64,000 bases of DNA from an uncultured Acidobacteriota bacterium (GCA_963843325.1 CAWJKC010000003.1:520160-584159), one strand, 5' to 3'. Positions 52,275 through 62,174 are shown, numbered from the stretch's first letter. Numbers and translations are program-made. The notes: generated by a model from the letters alone, not told the origin.

Positions 52275-52634
52275 ATGAGCAAACCGTTGTTCGGACTGAT
52301 CCTCGGAGGCGTCCTCGGCATTTTCGACGGCCTGACGGCGTACTTCACGCCGGAAGTCCGCAACCAGCTGCTGGGCATCGTCATCGGCTCGACGTTCAAG
52401 GGCCTCGTCGCCGGCCTGTCGATCGGCTTCTTCGCCCGCAAGGTGAATTCGCTGACGCTCGGCGTCCTGTTCGGCCTCGGCGTCGGCCTGCTGCTCGCGT
52501 GGATCGTCGCCGCGATGCCCGACCCGAATGGGAAGCACTACTACTTCGAGATCATGCTGCCCGGAGCGCTCGTCGGCGCGATCGTGGGCTATGCCACGCA
52601 GAAGCACCGGAGCACGGCGGCGCGGACCGCGTGA
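52275..52634 (+). CDS. small integral membrane protein
   Basis: Intact 119-aa ORF with four Gly-rich hydrophobic helices (LFGLILGGVLGIFDGL, LLGIVIGSTFKGLVAGLSIGFF, LGVLFGLGVGLLLAWIV, LPGALVGAIVGYA). Confidence 0.7.
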   Translation: MSKPLFGLILGGVLGIFDGLTAYFTPEVRNQLLGIVIGSTFKGLVAGLSIGFFARKVNSLTLGVLFGLGVGLLLAWIVAAMPDPNGKHYYFEIMLPGALVGAIVGYATQKHRSTAARTA

Positions 52635-52683
52635 GGCGGGGCATGGCGCCGCGACGGGACCGCATGAACTCGAGGCATTTGGT

Positions 52684-52775
52684 GCCGTAGGGGCGGCCCT
52701 TGGGCCGCCCGGGCAGCTGAAAACGTGCAGCTTCTCGAAAAGCCGCCCGGGCGGGGCAAGCCCCGCCCCTACGGC
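52684..52775. repeat. REP-like element, family 2: nested hairpins inside a 13-bp outer inverted repeat
   Basis: Outer arms gccgtaggggcgg (52684-52696) and ccgcccctacggc (52763-52775). Inner hairpins gggcggccc/gggccgccc (52691-52710) and cggggc-aa-gccccg (52752-52765). Direct repeat gccgcccgggc at 52704 and 52742. A related copy lies at 59937-59966. Confidence 0.7.
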
Positions 52776-53732
52776 GCCGAGGGGTTGATCAGCGCGGCGA
52801 TTCGATCCAGGTCCACGTTCCCCCCCGACACGATCGCGACGACGCGGGTGCCCGGCGCGCACTTTGATCTTCCCGGCGATCAGCGCCCCCGTCGCCGCCG
52901 CCCCCGATCCCTCGACGTAGAGCTTGGCCCGCGTCATCAGCAGGCGCATTCCCTCGCGGATCTCGTCCTCGGTCACCGTCACGATCTCGTCCACCGCCTC
53001 CCGCGCGATCGCGAGCGGCAGCGCGCCGACGAACGGCGGCGTCATGCCGTCGGCGAGCGTCGCCGGCCGCGTCACGGGGACCGGCTTTCCGGCCGCGAGC
53101 GCCGGAGCGAGGCCCGGGCCGTCGGCGAGCTCGACGGCGACGACGCGCGCCCGGGGCAGCAGCTGCTTCACCGCCGAGGCGACGCCGCCGAGCAGCCCGC
53201 CGCCGCCGACCGGCACGACGACGACCTCGACATCCGCAAGGTCCTCGGCGATCTCGAGGCCCGTCGTGCCGGCGCCGGCCAGCACGACCTCGTCGTCGAA
53301 GGGATGAACGAACGTGAGGCCGCGCGCGTCGCGGACCTCGTGCAGCTTGTCGAAGAGCGTCGGCCGGTCGGGGTGCAGCACGATCTCGGCGCCGTAGCCG
53401 CGCACCGCGTCGATCTTGGAGCGCGGCGCGTCGGTCGGCATGACGACGACCGCGGAGCAGCCGGCCTCGCGCGCCGCCCACGCCACCGCCGCCGCGTGGT
53501 TGCCCGCCGAGACCGTGACGAGCCCGCGCGCGCGCTCCGCCTCCGGCAGCGACAGCACCTTGTTGAGCGCGCCGCGCGCCTTGAAGGAGCCGGTCTTCTG
53601 AAAGCTCTCGCACTTCAGGAAGAGACGCACGCCGGCCCGCTCGCCGAGCAGGACGGAGGACACGAGCGGCGTGCGGTGCACGCGTCCTTCCAGGCGTCGG
53701 GCCGCGGCGCGGATGTCGGAGAGGGAAATCAT
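52769..53732 (-). CDS. PLP-dependent threonine/serine dehydratase-family protein, one frame break near the 3' end
   Basis: ATG 53732 within ORF 52146..53864: MISLSDIRAAARRLEGRVHRTPL...CESFQKTGSFKARGA...SAGNHAAAVA...PVGGGGLLGG. The break is at the CCC run 52851-52853, then TRVVAIVSGGNVDLDRIAALINPSAP and TAG 52769-52771. Confidence 0.82.
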
Positions 53733-53781
53733 CGGCAGCGAGCCCGAGCTTATCCGGTCCTTCCGATAAGATCCTCCGCCT

Positions 53782-54558
53782 GTGTTGCGGTACCGCGACT
53801 TCCCCTTTCCCCTGAACGTGCTCCTCAACGTCCTGACCCGGGAAGAGGGACGCGCGGAGGCCATGCACTACGGTTTCTTCGAGTCGCCGGGCGACTCGAT
53901 CGCCGCGGCGCAGGAGCGGTCGACCGCACTGCTCCTCTCGCGTCTGCCTCCCCCGCCCGCGCGCCTGCTGGAGGTGGGGATCGGCCTCGGGACGACCCTC
54001 GCGCGGCTGACGGCGCTCGGCTACGACGCCGAAGGGATCACGCCCGACGCGGTCCAGGCGGCCGCCGCGGCGCAGCGCTTCGGGTCGCGCATCCGCGTCC
54101 ACACGACGCCGCTCGAGGCGTTCGACCCGCCGGGCCGCTTCGACGTCGTCCTGTTCCAGGAATCGTCGCAGTACATCGAGAGCGAAACGCTCTTCCGGAA
54201 GGTCCGCGCGCTCGCCGCGCCGCATGCGACGGTCCTCGTGCTCGACGAGTTCGCCCTCGCGCCCGTCGACCGGCCGCAGAGCCTCCCGCGGCTCGACCGT
54301 TTCCTCGCGGCCTCGGTGGCCGCCGGGTTCCGGCTGCAGGAGGAGCTCGACCTCTCCGACGCGGCGGCGCCGACCGTGGACTACTTTCTCGCGCGCATCC
54401 CGAAACACCGCGAAGCCATCGAGGCCGAGCTCGCCGTGGGCGCCGCCGAGATCGACGGCCTGCTCGAGAGCGGCGCCGCTTACCGCGAGCTCTATCGCTC
54501 GGGCGCCTACGGCTACCGGCTTCTGCGCTTTCGCGGACCCGGCGAGCACGCCGCGTGA
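53782..54558 (+). CDS. class I SAM-dependent methyltransferase
   Basis: Intact 258-aa ORF (GTG start): LLEVGIGLGTT (motif I) and FDVVLFQES. Confidence 0.8.
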   Translation: MLRYRDFPFPLNVLLNVLTREEGRAEAMHYGFFESPGDSIAAAQERSTALLLSRLPPPPARLLEVGIGLGTTLARLTALGYDAEGITPDAVQAAAAAQRFGSRIRVHTTPLEAFDPPGRFDVVLFQESSQYIESETLFRKVRALAAPHATVLVLDEFALAPVDRPQSLPRLDRFLAASVAAGFRLQEELDLSDAAAPTVDYFLARIPKHREAIEAELAVGAAEIDGLLESGAAYRELYRSGAYGYRLLRFRGPGEHAA

Positions 54559-55944
54559 GAGACCGGCGCATCGTCCTCGGCGCCACGCTCGCGGCCGTCG
54601 CCATCGCGTGCTACTGGTTCGCCGAGGCCTACCCGACCTTCATCTACGACTCCTGGGGCTACCACTACCTCGCCGAGATCATCCGCACGCAGGGCCTGCT
54701 CGCCTGGCCGACCGACATCCGCACGTACGGGTACCCGCTCTTCCTCGCCGCCGTGTCGGGCTTTCGCGCCATGCCGCAGGAGGAACTGCGGCTCGTCGTC
54801 TTCGGCGTCCAGCTCGTCGCTTACCTGGCGGCCTGCGCCTACGTCGGCCGCAAGCTCGCCGCCGTCTTCGACTCTCCGTCGCCTGGGCGCCCTGGCGTAC
54901 GTCCTCGGCGCCGTCAATCCGATCCTGCTCCTCCACACCGCGGAGCCGCTGAGCGACCTGCTCTCCGCCGTGCTCATCCTCGCGAGCGTCGCCCTCGCGT
55001 GGAAGGCGCCCGCGCGCGAGCGGCCGGGCGCGCCGCGCCTCCAGATCTTCCTCTCCTTCTTCTTCGCCGCCGCCGGCGTCGCCATCCGGCCCGCGAACAT
55101 CGTGGTCGTCGCCGCCCTCGTCCTGGTGTGGGCGATCCGCGCGGTGCGCTGGCGCGACGTCGGCCTTGCCGGCGCGGGCGCGGCGATCGCCGGGCTCGTC
55201 CCGCCGTTCATTCCCCAGGTCCTCATCAACCACCGCCTCTTCGGGACCTTCAACCCGCTCATCGAGAAGGACCTCTACCGGCAGCAGGCGAACTGGGGCA
55301 TGGGCGCGCTGAAGTACGCGACGCTGGTCCAGGCGGACCAGTCGCCCTTCCTGATCTACGTGAACCCGCTCTACCGCGGCGACGCGACGCCGGCGCTCTT
55401 CCTGCGCCACCATCCCCTCCACTACCTCGCGACGCTCGCGCTGCACGGGTTCGCCATGATCGACCCCGACCTGCCCTTCACCTACGTCACGGACCTCGCG
55501 CCCTGGTACCGCTGGCCGCTCGCGGTGTTCAGCTATCTGCTGGTCTACGCGGCGCTGGCCGGAAGCCTCGTCGGCCTCGCGCGGATCCTCCGCCGGCGCG
55601 AGCTCACAGCGGGCACCTTCGTCGTCTTGAGCTCCGTGCTCGTTGCCGGCGCCTGCCTCGCGCTCTACCTGCCCGTGGAAGTCGAAGGCCGCTTCGGCCT
55701 TCCGCTGCTGGCGCTCGCGACGCCGCTCGCCGTGGCCGGCGCGGCGCTGTTCCGGAGCGGACCGCCACGACGCCGATCCGCGACCGCCGTCTTCGCGCTC
55801 GGCGCCCTGGCCGCGGTCCTCGGCGGCGTCGTCCTCTCCCGCTGGATCTCCACGACGCGGACCAACCCCCGCATCGACAGCCCGGCCAACGTCTTCGTGA
55901 TGAACCCGAAGCGCGCGGACACGATCCCGCCCCCGAAACCCTAG
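54555..55944 (+). CDS. polytopic membrane protein (possibly glycosyltransferase-like), one frame break
   Basis: GTG 54555 (GTGA overlap) in the frame of ORF 52725..: RIVLGATLAAVAIACYWFAEAYPTFIYDSWGYHYLAEIIR...YGYPLFLAAV. The break is near 54872, and ORF 54970..55944 follows. About 10 hydrophobic helices. The family assignment is uncertain. Confidence 0.6.
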
Positions 55945-57750
55945 GGCGTCGCGCCGAGCTCCTTGAGCTTCGCGATCGCGTTCGCCTTCATCGCCGTCTT
56001 CTGCTCCGGCGGTCGCCTTCGCATCCGCGTCGATCACCTGCATCGACTTGCGGTAGAGCGCGGTGGCCTTTTCCTTGTCGCCGCTCGTCATGTACGCCTC
56101 CGCGAGGCTGTCGTACGTGTTCGCGGACGCGGGATAGAGCTCCGTGTTCAGCTGGAGGATCGCGATCGCCTTCGGGTAGTCCTTCAGCCCGATCTGCCGA
56201 TAACCGGCGCCGTTGAGCCGCTGCTCGGCCACGGCCGGATCGGACGCATTCGTCTCCTTGAGCTTGCGATACGCGGCGAGGGCCTCGTCCACGCGGCCGG
56301 CCTCGAGGTCCTCCGACGGGACGCGCGCCTTGGCCGTCATCCGCGGAGACTCCTTGCCCGGCACGCCGCCCGGATCGACGCGCACCCAGCTGTTCGACAG
56401 GATGTAGCGCGTGTCCTCGTCCCGGCGCACGAAGGCGATGGGAGAGACGGGCACGAGGGTGAACGGTTCCCCGAAGGTCACGCGGCACTCCAGGGCGTCG
56501 CCCTTCGGCGTCACGACGAGCACCTCGTCCGTGCCGAGCTTGTATCGCCCGGCCACCGCGGCCAGCTGCGCGGACGTCAGCTGCGTCGTGCGCACGGGCG
56601 CCTCCGGAAAGCCTTCCCAGCCGTACTCGGCGCCGATCGCGCGCAGCAGCTCGGGCATCACCTTGAAGCCCGCGTCCGAGTTGGCCATGATCGCGACGCC
56701 GTAGCCCTTCGTCTTGTGCCCGATGAAGAGCGTCTGGAACCCCTCGTCGGCGCCGTCGTGCGAGAAATACGCGCCGTCCTTGTCGGCCACGGCGAGCCCG
56801 AGGCCGTAGCCGTCGCGCACGGCCGTCGTCATGCGTTCGGCCATGGTCTTGGAAATCGGGCCGGGCTTTCCGCGCAGGATGTTCTGCAGGCCGATCCCGA
56901 AGCGCGCCAGGTCCGACGGCGTCGCCCAGAGTCCCGCGGCGGCCATTTCCGGGTACACGTGGCGCTTCCCGGGGACCTCCTTGCCGTCGGCGTAATAGCC
57001 CGCGGCCGCCTTCGGGACGAGCGTTGCGGGAAGGGGCTGGTCGTAGGTGCTCTGCGTCATCCCGAGCGGCTTCAGCACCAGCGCCTCGAGCAGGCGCGGA
57101 AACGACTGGCCCGTCACGTCCGTCATCGCGAGCTGCGCGATCGTGTATCCGCCTCCCGAGTACCGGTATTGCGTCCCGGGCGCAAGGTCCACGCGGATCG
57201 GCGCCGAGTTGGCCGGGGCCGCGCCGTCGAGGACCTCGATCACGGTCGGCACCTTCGCGTCGGCCGCGTAGCCCGGAAATCCGTGGACCGTCAGGCCGCC
57301 GGTGTGGGAAAGCAGCATCTCGAGCGTCACCGGCGTCTTCTTCGTCAGGTCGTTCTCCGGGATCTTCCAGCCCTTGAGATACGCGTCGACGTTCTTGTCG
57401 AGCGAGAGCTTGCCCTCCTCGACGAGCTTGAGCGCGCCCATCGCCGCGACCGGTTTGCTGACCGAGCCCGCCTGGAAGAGCGTCGCGTCGGTCGCCTTCA
57501 TGCCCGCCGCCTCGTCCGCGAATCCGTACGCCTTCGCCCAGGAGATCTGGAAGTCGCGGAACACGGCCACGGAAAGCCCGGGCACGTGGAAGAGCCGCAT
57601 GCGCTCCTCGAGCGTCCACGTCTTGTCGCCCTCGATCAGGACGGGCGGACGCAGCCCCTTCTCGATCCGCTCGATCGACGGGTTGGGACTCGACGCGCCC
57701 ATGGTCAGGGCGGCGGCGACGATGCCAAGCAGGGTCCGGGATGCCTTCAT
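55941..57750 (-). CDS. secreted serine hydrolase (beta-lactamase/PBP-fold) with C-terminal TPR repeats, one frame break near the 3' end
   Basis: ATG 57750 within ORF 54679..57918: MKASRTLLGIVAAALTMG...FQAGSVSKPVAA (SxxK), LLSHTGG, YSGGGY. TPR-like tail (YPKAIAILQLNTELYPASANTYDSLAEAYMTSGDKEKA). The break is at GG 56011-12, then PEQKTAMKANAIAKLKELGATP and TAG 55941-43. Confidence 0.82.
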
Positions 57751-58508
57751 GAAGCCTCCATCTCGTCGAAATCCGCGATGACCGGAGCATGGTCGCTGGT
57801 GCCGACTTCCGGACGCACGACGCACGACCTCGCGCGCGCGGCCAGTGATTCGCTCGCCAGGATGAAATCGATCCGCCAGCCCATGTTGCGCTGCCGCATG
57901 TTCCGCCAGGGCGGCCACCAGGTGAAGAGGCCCTCGTTGTCGGGATCGAGCGTGCGGCCGACGTCCACGAGGCCGTGCCCCATCATCTGCTCGAAGAGCG
58001 CGCGCTCGTCCGGACGCTGGCCGATCGCGCCGGCCTTGCGCTCCCGGGGATGCACGTCGCGGTCGGTGCGCGCGACGTTGAGATCGCCGCAGATCAGCAG
58101 CTCGCGCCCGGCCGCCCGGCGCTCGCGCGCGTAGCCCTCGAGCGATTCGAGAAAGCGCAGCTTCGAGGGATAGTCCTTGCCGCCGTTGGGCACGTAGACC
58201 GACGCCACGGTGATCCGGCCGATGTCGGCCGCGACGATGCGCGTCTCATGATCGAACTCGGGGTGGGTGAACGCCGGCCGCTCGGGGCACAGGTCCTTGC
58301 GCACGTGCAGCGCCACGCCGGAGTAGCCGCCCGCGCCGTGCCAGTAGCACCAGTAGCCTTCGGATTCGAAGAGCATCGCGGGGATCTGCTCCGGCTTCGC
58401 CTTGATCTCCTGCAGGCAGACCGCGTCGGGCCGGTCGGCGGCAAGCCACTCCCGTAGCTGGGATTCGCGGGCGCGGATCCCGTTGACGTTCCACGTCGCC
58501 ACCCTCAT
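57747..58508 (-). CDS. xth: exodeoxyribonuclease III
   Basis: ATG 58508 within ORF 57747..59708: MRVATWNVNGIRARESQLREWL...PDAVCLQEIK...GDLNVART...WRIDFILAS...SDHAPV. 253 aa uninterrupted. Confidence 0.9.
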   Translation of the reverse strand: MRVATWNVNGIRARESQLREWLAADRPDAVCLQEIKAKPEQIPAMLFESEGYWCYWHGAGGYSGVALHVRKDLCPERPAFTHPEFDHETRIVAADIGRITVASVYVPNGGKDYPSKLRFLESLEGYARERRAAGRELLICGDLNVARTDRDVHPRERKAGAIGQRPDERALFEQMMGHGLVDVGRTLDPDNEGLFTWWPPWRNMRQRNMGWRIDFILASESLAARARSCVVRPEVGTSDHAPVIADFDEMEAS

Positions 58509-58771
58509 CGCGCGTCGGGTCCGGTGCCGTCCGCCGCGAGCCGCTCCTGCAGCTCGGCGCGGGCCGTTTCGAGGGCCTTGCGCCGGGCCGGGTTGTCGGT
58601 CTTCTGCAGCAGATCTTCGATGCGCGCGAGGGAGAGCTCGAGGGATCGGCGGCGCACGAGCGCGTCGGCGTGCGCGCGCGAGGGTCGCGCCGCGGCCTTG
58701 TCCGCCGCCTCTTTGGCGGCTTCCTTTTCGGCGCCGAGATCCTCTTCGCTCTTTCCCCAACCGCGGGCCAT
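58505..58771 (-). CDS. small charged coiled-coil hypothetical protein
   Basis: Intact 88-aa ORF whose stop overlaps the xth ATG (ATGA), which supports real translation. No family recognised. Confidence 0.45.
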   Translation of the reverse strand: MARGWGKSEEDLGAEKEAAKEAADKAAARPSRAHADALVRRRSLELSLARIEDLLQKTDNPARRKALETARAELQERLAADGTGPDAR

Positions 58772-58843
58772 GACCTAACGCTATACCCATACGCGAGTTT
58801 CGTGAACAGCGCGGGAAGGCCCCCGCGCCTGTAAGCTCGTCCC

Positions 58844-59931
58844 ATGACGCCGCGCGCCTTCGGCGCCGACCAGGTCCGGGTCCGCGAGAGCGGCGAGCTC
58901 GAGCTCGCCTGCCCTCTGCCCAAGGCCTGGACCGCGCGCAGCGACAAGACCCTGCGCAGCGCCGAGTATCCGGGCACGGCCGTCGAGTGGGAAGGGCAGC
59001 CTCTTCGAGGTGCTCGGCGCGGACCGGACTCCCGAGGGAGGAATGCTCTACCGCCTGGCCCCCTGGCCGGAGCACCACGCCATCCGCCGGCTCGAGCACT
59101 ACGACGAGGTCTCCGAGGAGCTCCGCGCCGCGGATCGCCGCGACCGGAGCCGCGACGACGGCAGGCGGCGCCTGGCCCTGCTTCTTTCTCCGCTCGCGGG
59201 TCTGCTGCCGGCCGACATCCAGAAGAAGATGGAGCGCGACTTCGGAGCCCCCGCAATCCTCCTGACGATCGCCTCGGCCGTGCCGCTCTTTCTCGTCGGA
59301 TTTCTCGGCCTCGTCGCATTTCTCATCGGCAACGCGGGAGGCACGCTGGACACGCCCGGCTGGATCACGCCTTCCCTTCCGATCGCCCTCTACCTCTTCG
59401 GCGAGTCCGCCCTGCGCCTCGCGAGCGCGATCGCGGGGCAGGAGCCGATGGGCTCGCTGCCCGTCGTCCTGGCGGTGACCGTGTGGCGGTCGGTCTCGCC
59501 GACCGAAGGAGCCGGCACCCGCGGACGCGACGGCGCCGACCGTGGTCGACGAACAGGGACTGCAGGACCGCTTCCGCGTCCTCGAGCCGGTGCTCTCGTT
59601 CCTCACCGTGGCCGAGCAGGAATTCCTGGCGGGCCGCTTCGGCTTCGACGCGGTGCGGTGGGGACGGATCACCGCGGGCGTCCTGCTCGCCGCTTCGATC
59701 GCCAACACGCTCTTCTCGCTCTCGGCCTTCGGCGCCGGCGACGGGATCTTCTGGTCGATCCTGTGGCTGCTTCCGGTGGGCTACCTGGCCGTGGAGCAGG
59801 TTCGTCGTCTCGCGGCGCTCGCCCGCGGGGAGCCGGCCGGCAGCGTCCTCGGCCGCGTCGTGCGTCCCTTCGCGCGCCCGCTGCTGTCCGCGCCTCCTCC
59901 GGTCGACCCCCGGAGCAGATCCAACAATTAG
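58844..59931 (+). CDS. membrane protein of unknown function, 2 frame breaks
   Basis: ORF 58844.. (MTPRAFGADQVRVRESGELELACPLP...AVEWEG), then ORF 59010.. (SLFEVLGADRTPEGGMLYRLAPWPEHHAIRRLEHYD...LLTIASAVPLFLVGFLGLVAFLIG...), then ORF 59542..59931 (LTVAEQEFLAGRFGFDAVRWGRITAGVLLAASIANTLFSL...). Confidence 0.55.
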
Positions 59932-59936
59932 ACCTC

Positions 59937-60050
59937 GCCGTAGGGGAGCGGGGCAAGGGTGCCGGGTTGCATGCCTCGGCGTCGATCACTATCGCAGCGA
60001 CCCGGAGTCCCGGAGCGCCCTCACCCCAACGCTCCCGCCGGGAGAGGGAG
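59937..60050. repeat. composite REP-like region: one family-2 unit (59937-59966) and one family-1 unit (60018-60050)
   Basis: gccgtaggggagcggggcaagggtgccggg resembles the arms at 52684/52775. ccctcaccccaacgctcccgccgggagaggga matches the units at 14542-14647, including the ctccc-gcc-gggag hairpin. Confidence 0.65.
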
Positions 60051-60080
60051 CAACGAGTCGTTCGACCGAGATCTGAACGA

Positions 60081-60707
60081 CTACGGACCCTCGACGAACG
60101 CCGCAGCGGCGTCGATCGCCTCCGCGACGTTCTGCGCCTCGGTGCGGCCCGACCGCGCGGGCGGCTTGAAGGAGTGGTCGCCGCCCTCGAGCCACGCGAT
60201 GCGGATCGCCGCGGAGAGCGTGTAGCCGGCGGCGTCCTCGCGCGTGCCGAACGGATCGCGCGTCCCCTGCAGAAAGAGCGCCGGCGTGCGCAGGTCCGCC
60301 AGGTGCGCCGTGCGCAGGCGCTCCGGCTCGCCCGGAGGGTGGAACGGATAGCCGAAGCACACGAGCCCGCGCGCCTCCACCTCGTCGGCGACCATGCTCG
60401 CGATCCTTCCGCCCATCGACTTGCCGCCGATCACGACGCGGGGACCGCCGCCGAGCTGCGCGATCACGTCCTTCCACCGGGCGCACAGCGCCGGCTGACG
60501 GTCGGGCGCGCCCCGCCGGCCCTCGGTGCGCCGCTTCGCCATGTAGGCGAACTCGAAGCGCGCGACCCGGATCCCGCGCGAGGCGAGGCCCGCGCTGACG
60601 CGATTCATGAACGGCGAATCCATCGGCGCGCCCGCGCCGTGCGCCAGCACGACCGTGCTCGCGGCGTCCTCAGGCCCCTCGACGAGCAGCTCGATTTCCC
60701 CGCTCAT
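60081..60707 (-). CDS. alpha/beta hydrolase (KANL3/Tex30-like, dienelactone-hydrolase-like fold)
   Basis: ATG 60707 within ORF 60081..61049: MSGEIELLVEGPEDAASTVVLAHGAGAPMDSPFM...VIGGKSMGGRIAS...FLQGTRDPFG...GDHSF. The start could be further upstream (near 60746). Confidence 0.75.
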   Translation of the reverse strand: MSGEIELLVEGPEDAASTVVLAHGAGAPMDSPFMNRVSAGLASRGIRVARFEFAYMAKRRTEGRRGAPDRQPALCARWKDVIAQLGGGPRVVIGGKSMGGRIASMVADEVEARGLVCFGYPFHPPGEPERLRTAHLADLRTPALFLQGTRDPFGTREDAAGYTLSAAIRIAWLEGGDHSFKPPARSGRTEAQNVAEAIDAAAAFVEGP

Positions 60708-60855
60708 GAATGAAACATGAAAGCCGCCGTTTCTCTTCGGCACCATCGTAACCTGCGGCCGCCCGCCGGATGTGCATCCCGGCGCCAGCGCGGTCTCCTC
60801 CTCGCGCCGGCGGCCCTCGCGGCCGCCGGTCCTTTTGTCCCTATACTCCGGAGCG

Positions 60856-61836
60856 ATGACCGCGCTCCTGCTCCTCCTCGCGCTCGTGGCCCGACCCGCC
60901 GCCGATCCCCGCGCCGCCCTCGAGGAGAAGTTTCGCGCGATCGCCGCGACCGCCGGAGGCACGGTTGGCGTTTCGGTCCTCGACCTCGAATCAGGCCGCG
61001 GCGCCTCGCTCCACGGCAACGAGCGCTTTCCGATGGCGAGCGTGTTCAAGCTCGCCGTCGCGGTCGAGCTGCTTTCCCGCGCCGACCGCGGCGCTGTCCG
61101 GCTGGATCAGAGCATCGCCCTGGCCCCCGCCGACATGCGCCCCGGAGGGCCGCTCTCCGAGCGCGCGCCGAACGGAGGCATCACGCTCACGTTTGGCGAG
61201 CTGCTCGAAGCGATGATCGTCGACGGCGACAACACGGCCGCCGACGTCCTCCTGCCGCTCGCGGGCGGCCCCGAGGTCGTCACCGCGCAGCTCGATGCCG
61301 TCGGCCTCGGGGACATCCGCGTGGACCGGTCCGAGCTCGAGCTGGCGTTCGACGTGGCGGGTGTCGCGACTGCCCCGCCCCGCTCCACGCGGTCGCTCGC
61401 GGCGATCCGCGCGGCCATCGCCGACGTTCCGGAGGCCGCGCACCGCGAGGCGTTCGGGAAGTTCCTCGCCGATCCGCGCGACACGGCGACGCCGAATGCG
61501 CTCGTCCAGCTGCTGCGCCAGGTCCAGGAAGGGCGCCGGCTCACGCCGGAGAGCCGCGAGCGGCTGCTCGCGCTCATGGTCCGCACGCGCCCCGGCGCCG
61601 GACGCCTGAAGGGTCAGCTGCCCGCGGACACGCCCGTCGCGCACCGTACCGGAACCGGCGCCGAACTCGGGCCCGCGAGCGTCTGCACCAACGACATCGG
61701 CATCGTGACGCTGCCGGGCGACCGCGGCCGATTCGCCATCGCCGTCCTCATCAAGGGATCCGACCGCAGCCTCGCGGCGCGCGAGAAGGCCATCGCGGCG
61801 ATCGCCCGGGCCGCGTACGACTACTGGATGCGCTGA
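60856..61836 (+). CDS. class A beta-lactamase-like serine hydrolase with variant active-site motifs
   Basis: ATG 60856 in the frame of ORF 60772..61836: signal MTALLLLLALVARPAA, FPMASVFK (SxxK), DGDNTAADVLL (G in place of the S of SDN), DRSELELA (E166-like), DPRDTATP, HRTGTG (R in place of the K of KTG). 326 aa uninterrupted. Confidence 0.8.
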   Translation: MTALLLLLALVARPAADPRAALEEKFRAIAATAGGTVGVSVLDLESGRGASLHGNERFPMASVFKLAVAVELLSRADRGAVRLDQSIALAPADMRPGGPLSERAPNGGITLTFGELLEAMIVDGDNTAADVLLPLAGGPEVVTAQLDAVGLGDIRVDRSELELAFDVAGVATAPPRSTRSLAAIRAAIADVPEAAHREAFGKFLADPRDTATPNALVQLLRQVQEGRRLTPESRERLLALMVRTRPGAGRLKGQLPADTPVAHRTGTGAELGPASVCTNDIGIVTLPGDRGRFAIAVLIKGSDRSLAAREKAIAAIARAAYDYWMR

Positions 61837-62123
61837 GGGGCGGGAGGCGTCGCCGCCGCGCGGCGCCGGCTCCGGCCGCCGAAGGACAGGCCGAGCACGA
61901 GGAAGATCACCGCGCCGATCAGACCGCCGATGGCCTGTCCGCGGATCAGCCGCGTCGTCGAATACCGCACGACCTCCGGCAGGTTGACCATCGCGGCCGC
62001 CTGGTTGCCCTTGGACAGGTATCCGGCCTCGTTGTACCAGCCCAGCATGGGCGGCACGATGAACGACGCCGCCACGATCCCGAGCAGCGCGCCGACCAGG
62101 ATCCAGATCAGGATTCCCTTCAT
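61821..62123 (-). CDS. small membrane protein
   Basis: ATG 62123 within ORF 61821..62138: MKGILIWILVGALLGIVAASFIV...GGLIGAVIFLVLGLSFGG. Two TM helices. Confidence 0.55.
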   Translation of the reverse strand: MKGILIWILVGALLGIVAASFIVPPMLGWYNEAGYLSKGNQAAAMVNLPEVVRYSTTRLIRGQAIGGLIGAVIFLVLGLSFGGRSRRRAAATPPAPQRIQ

Positions 62124-62174
62124 CGCTCTACCTCCCACCGCAGCGCGGTCCGAGGCCCGGCGCCGGCCATCGCC

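Noticed and set aside
60842-60856. TATACT 9 nt upstream of the beta-lactamase-like ATG as a -10 box of a leaderless transcript
   Set aside because: There is no acceptable -35 hexamer at the right spacing (gcggcc), so the evidence is a single hexamer only.
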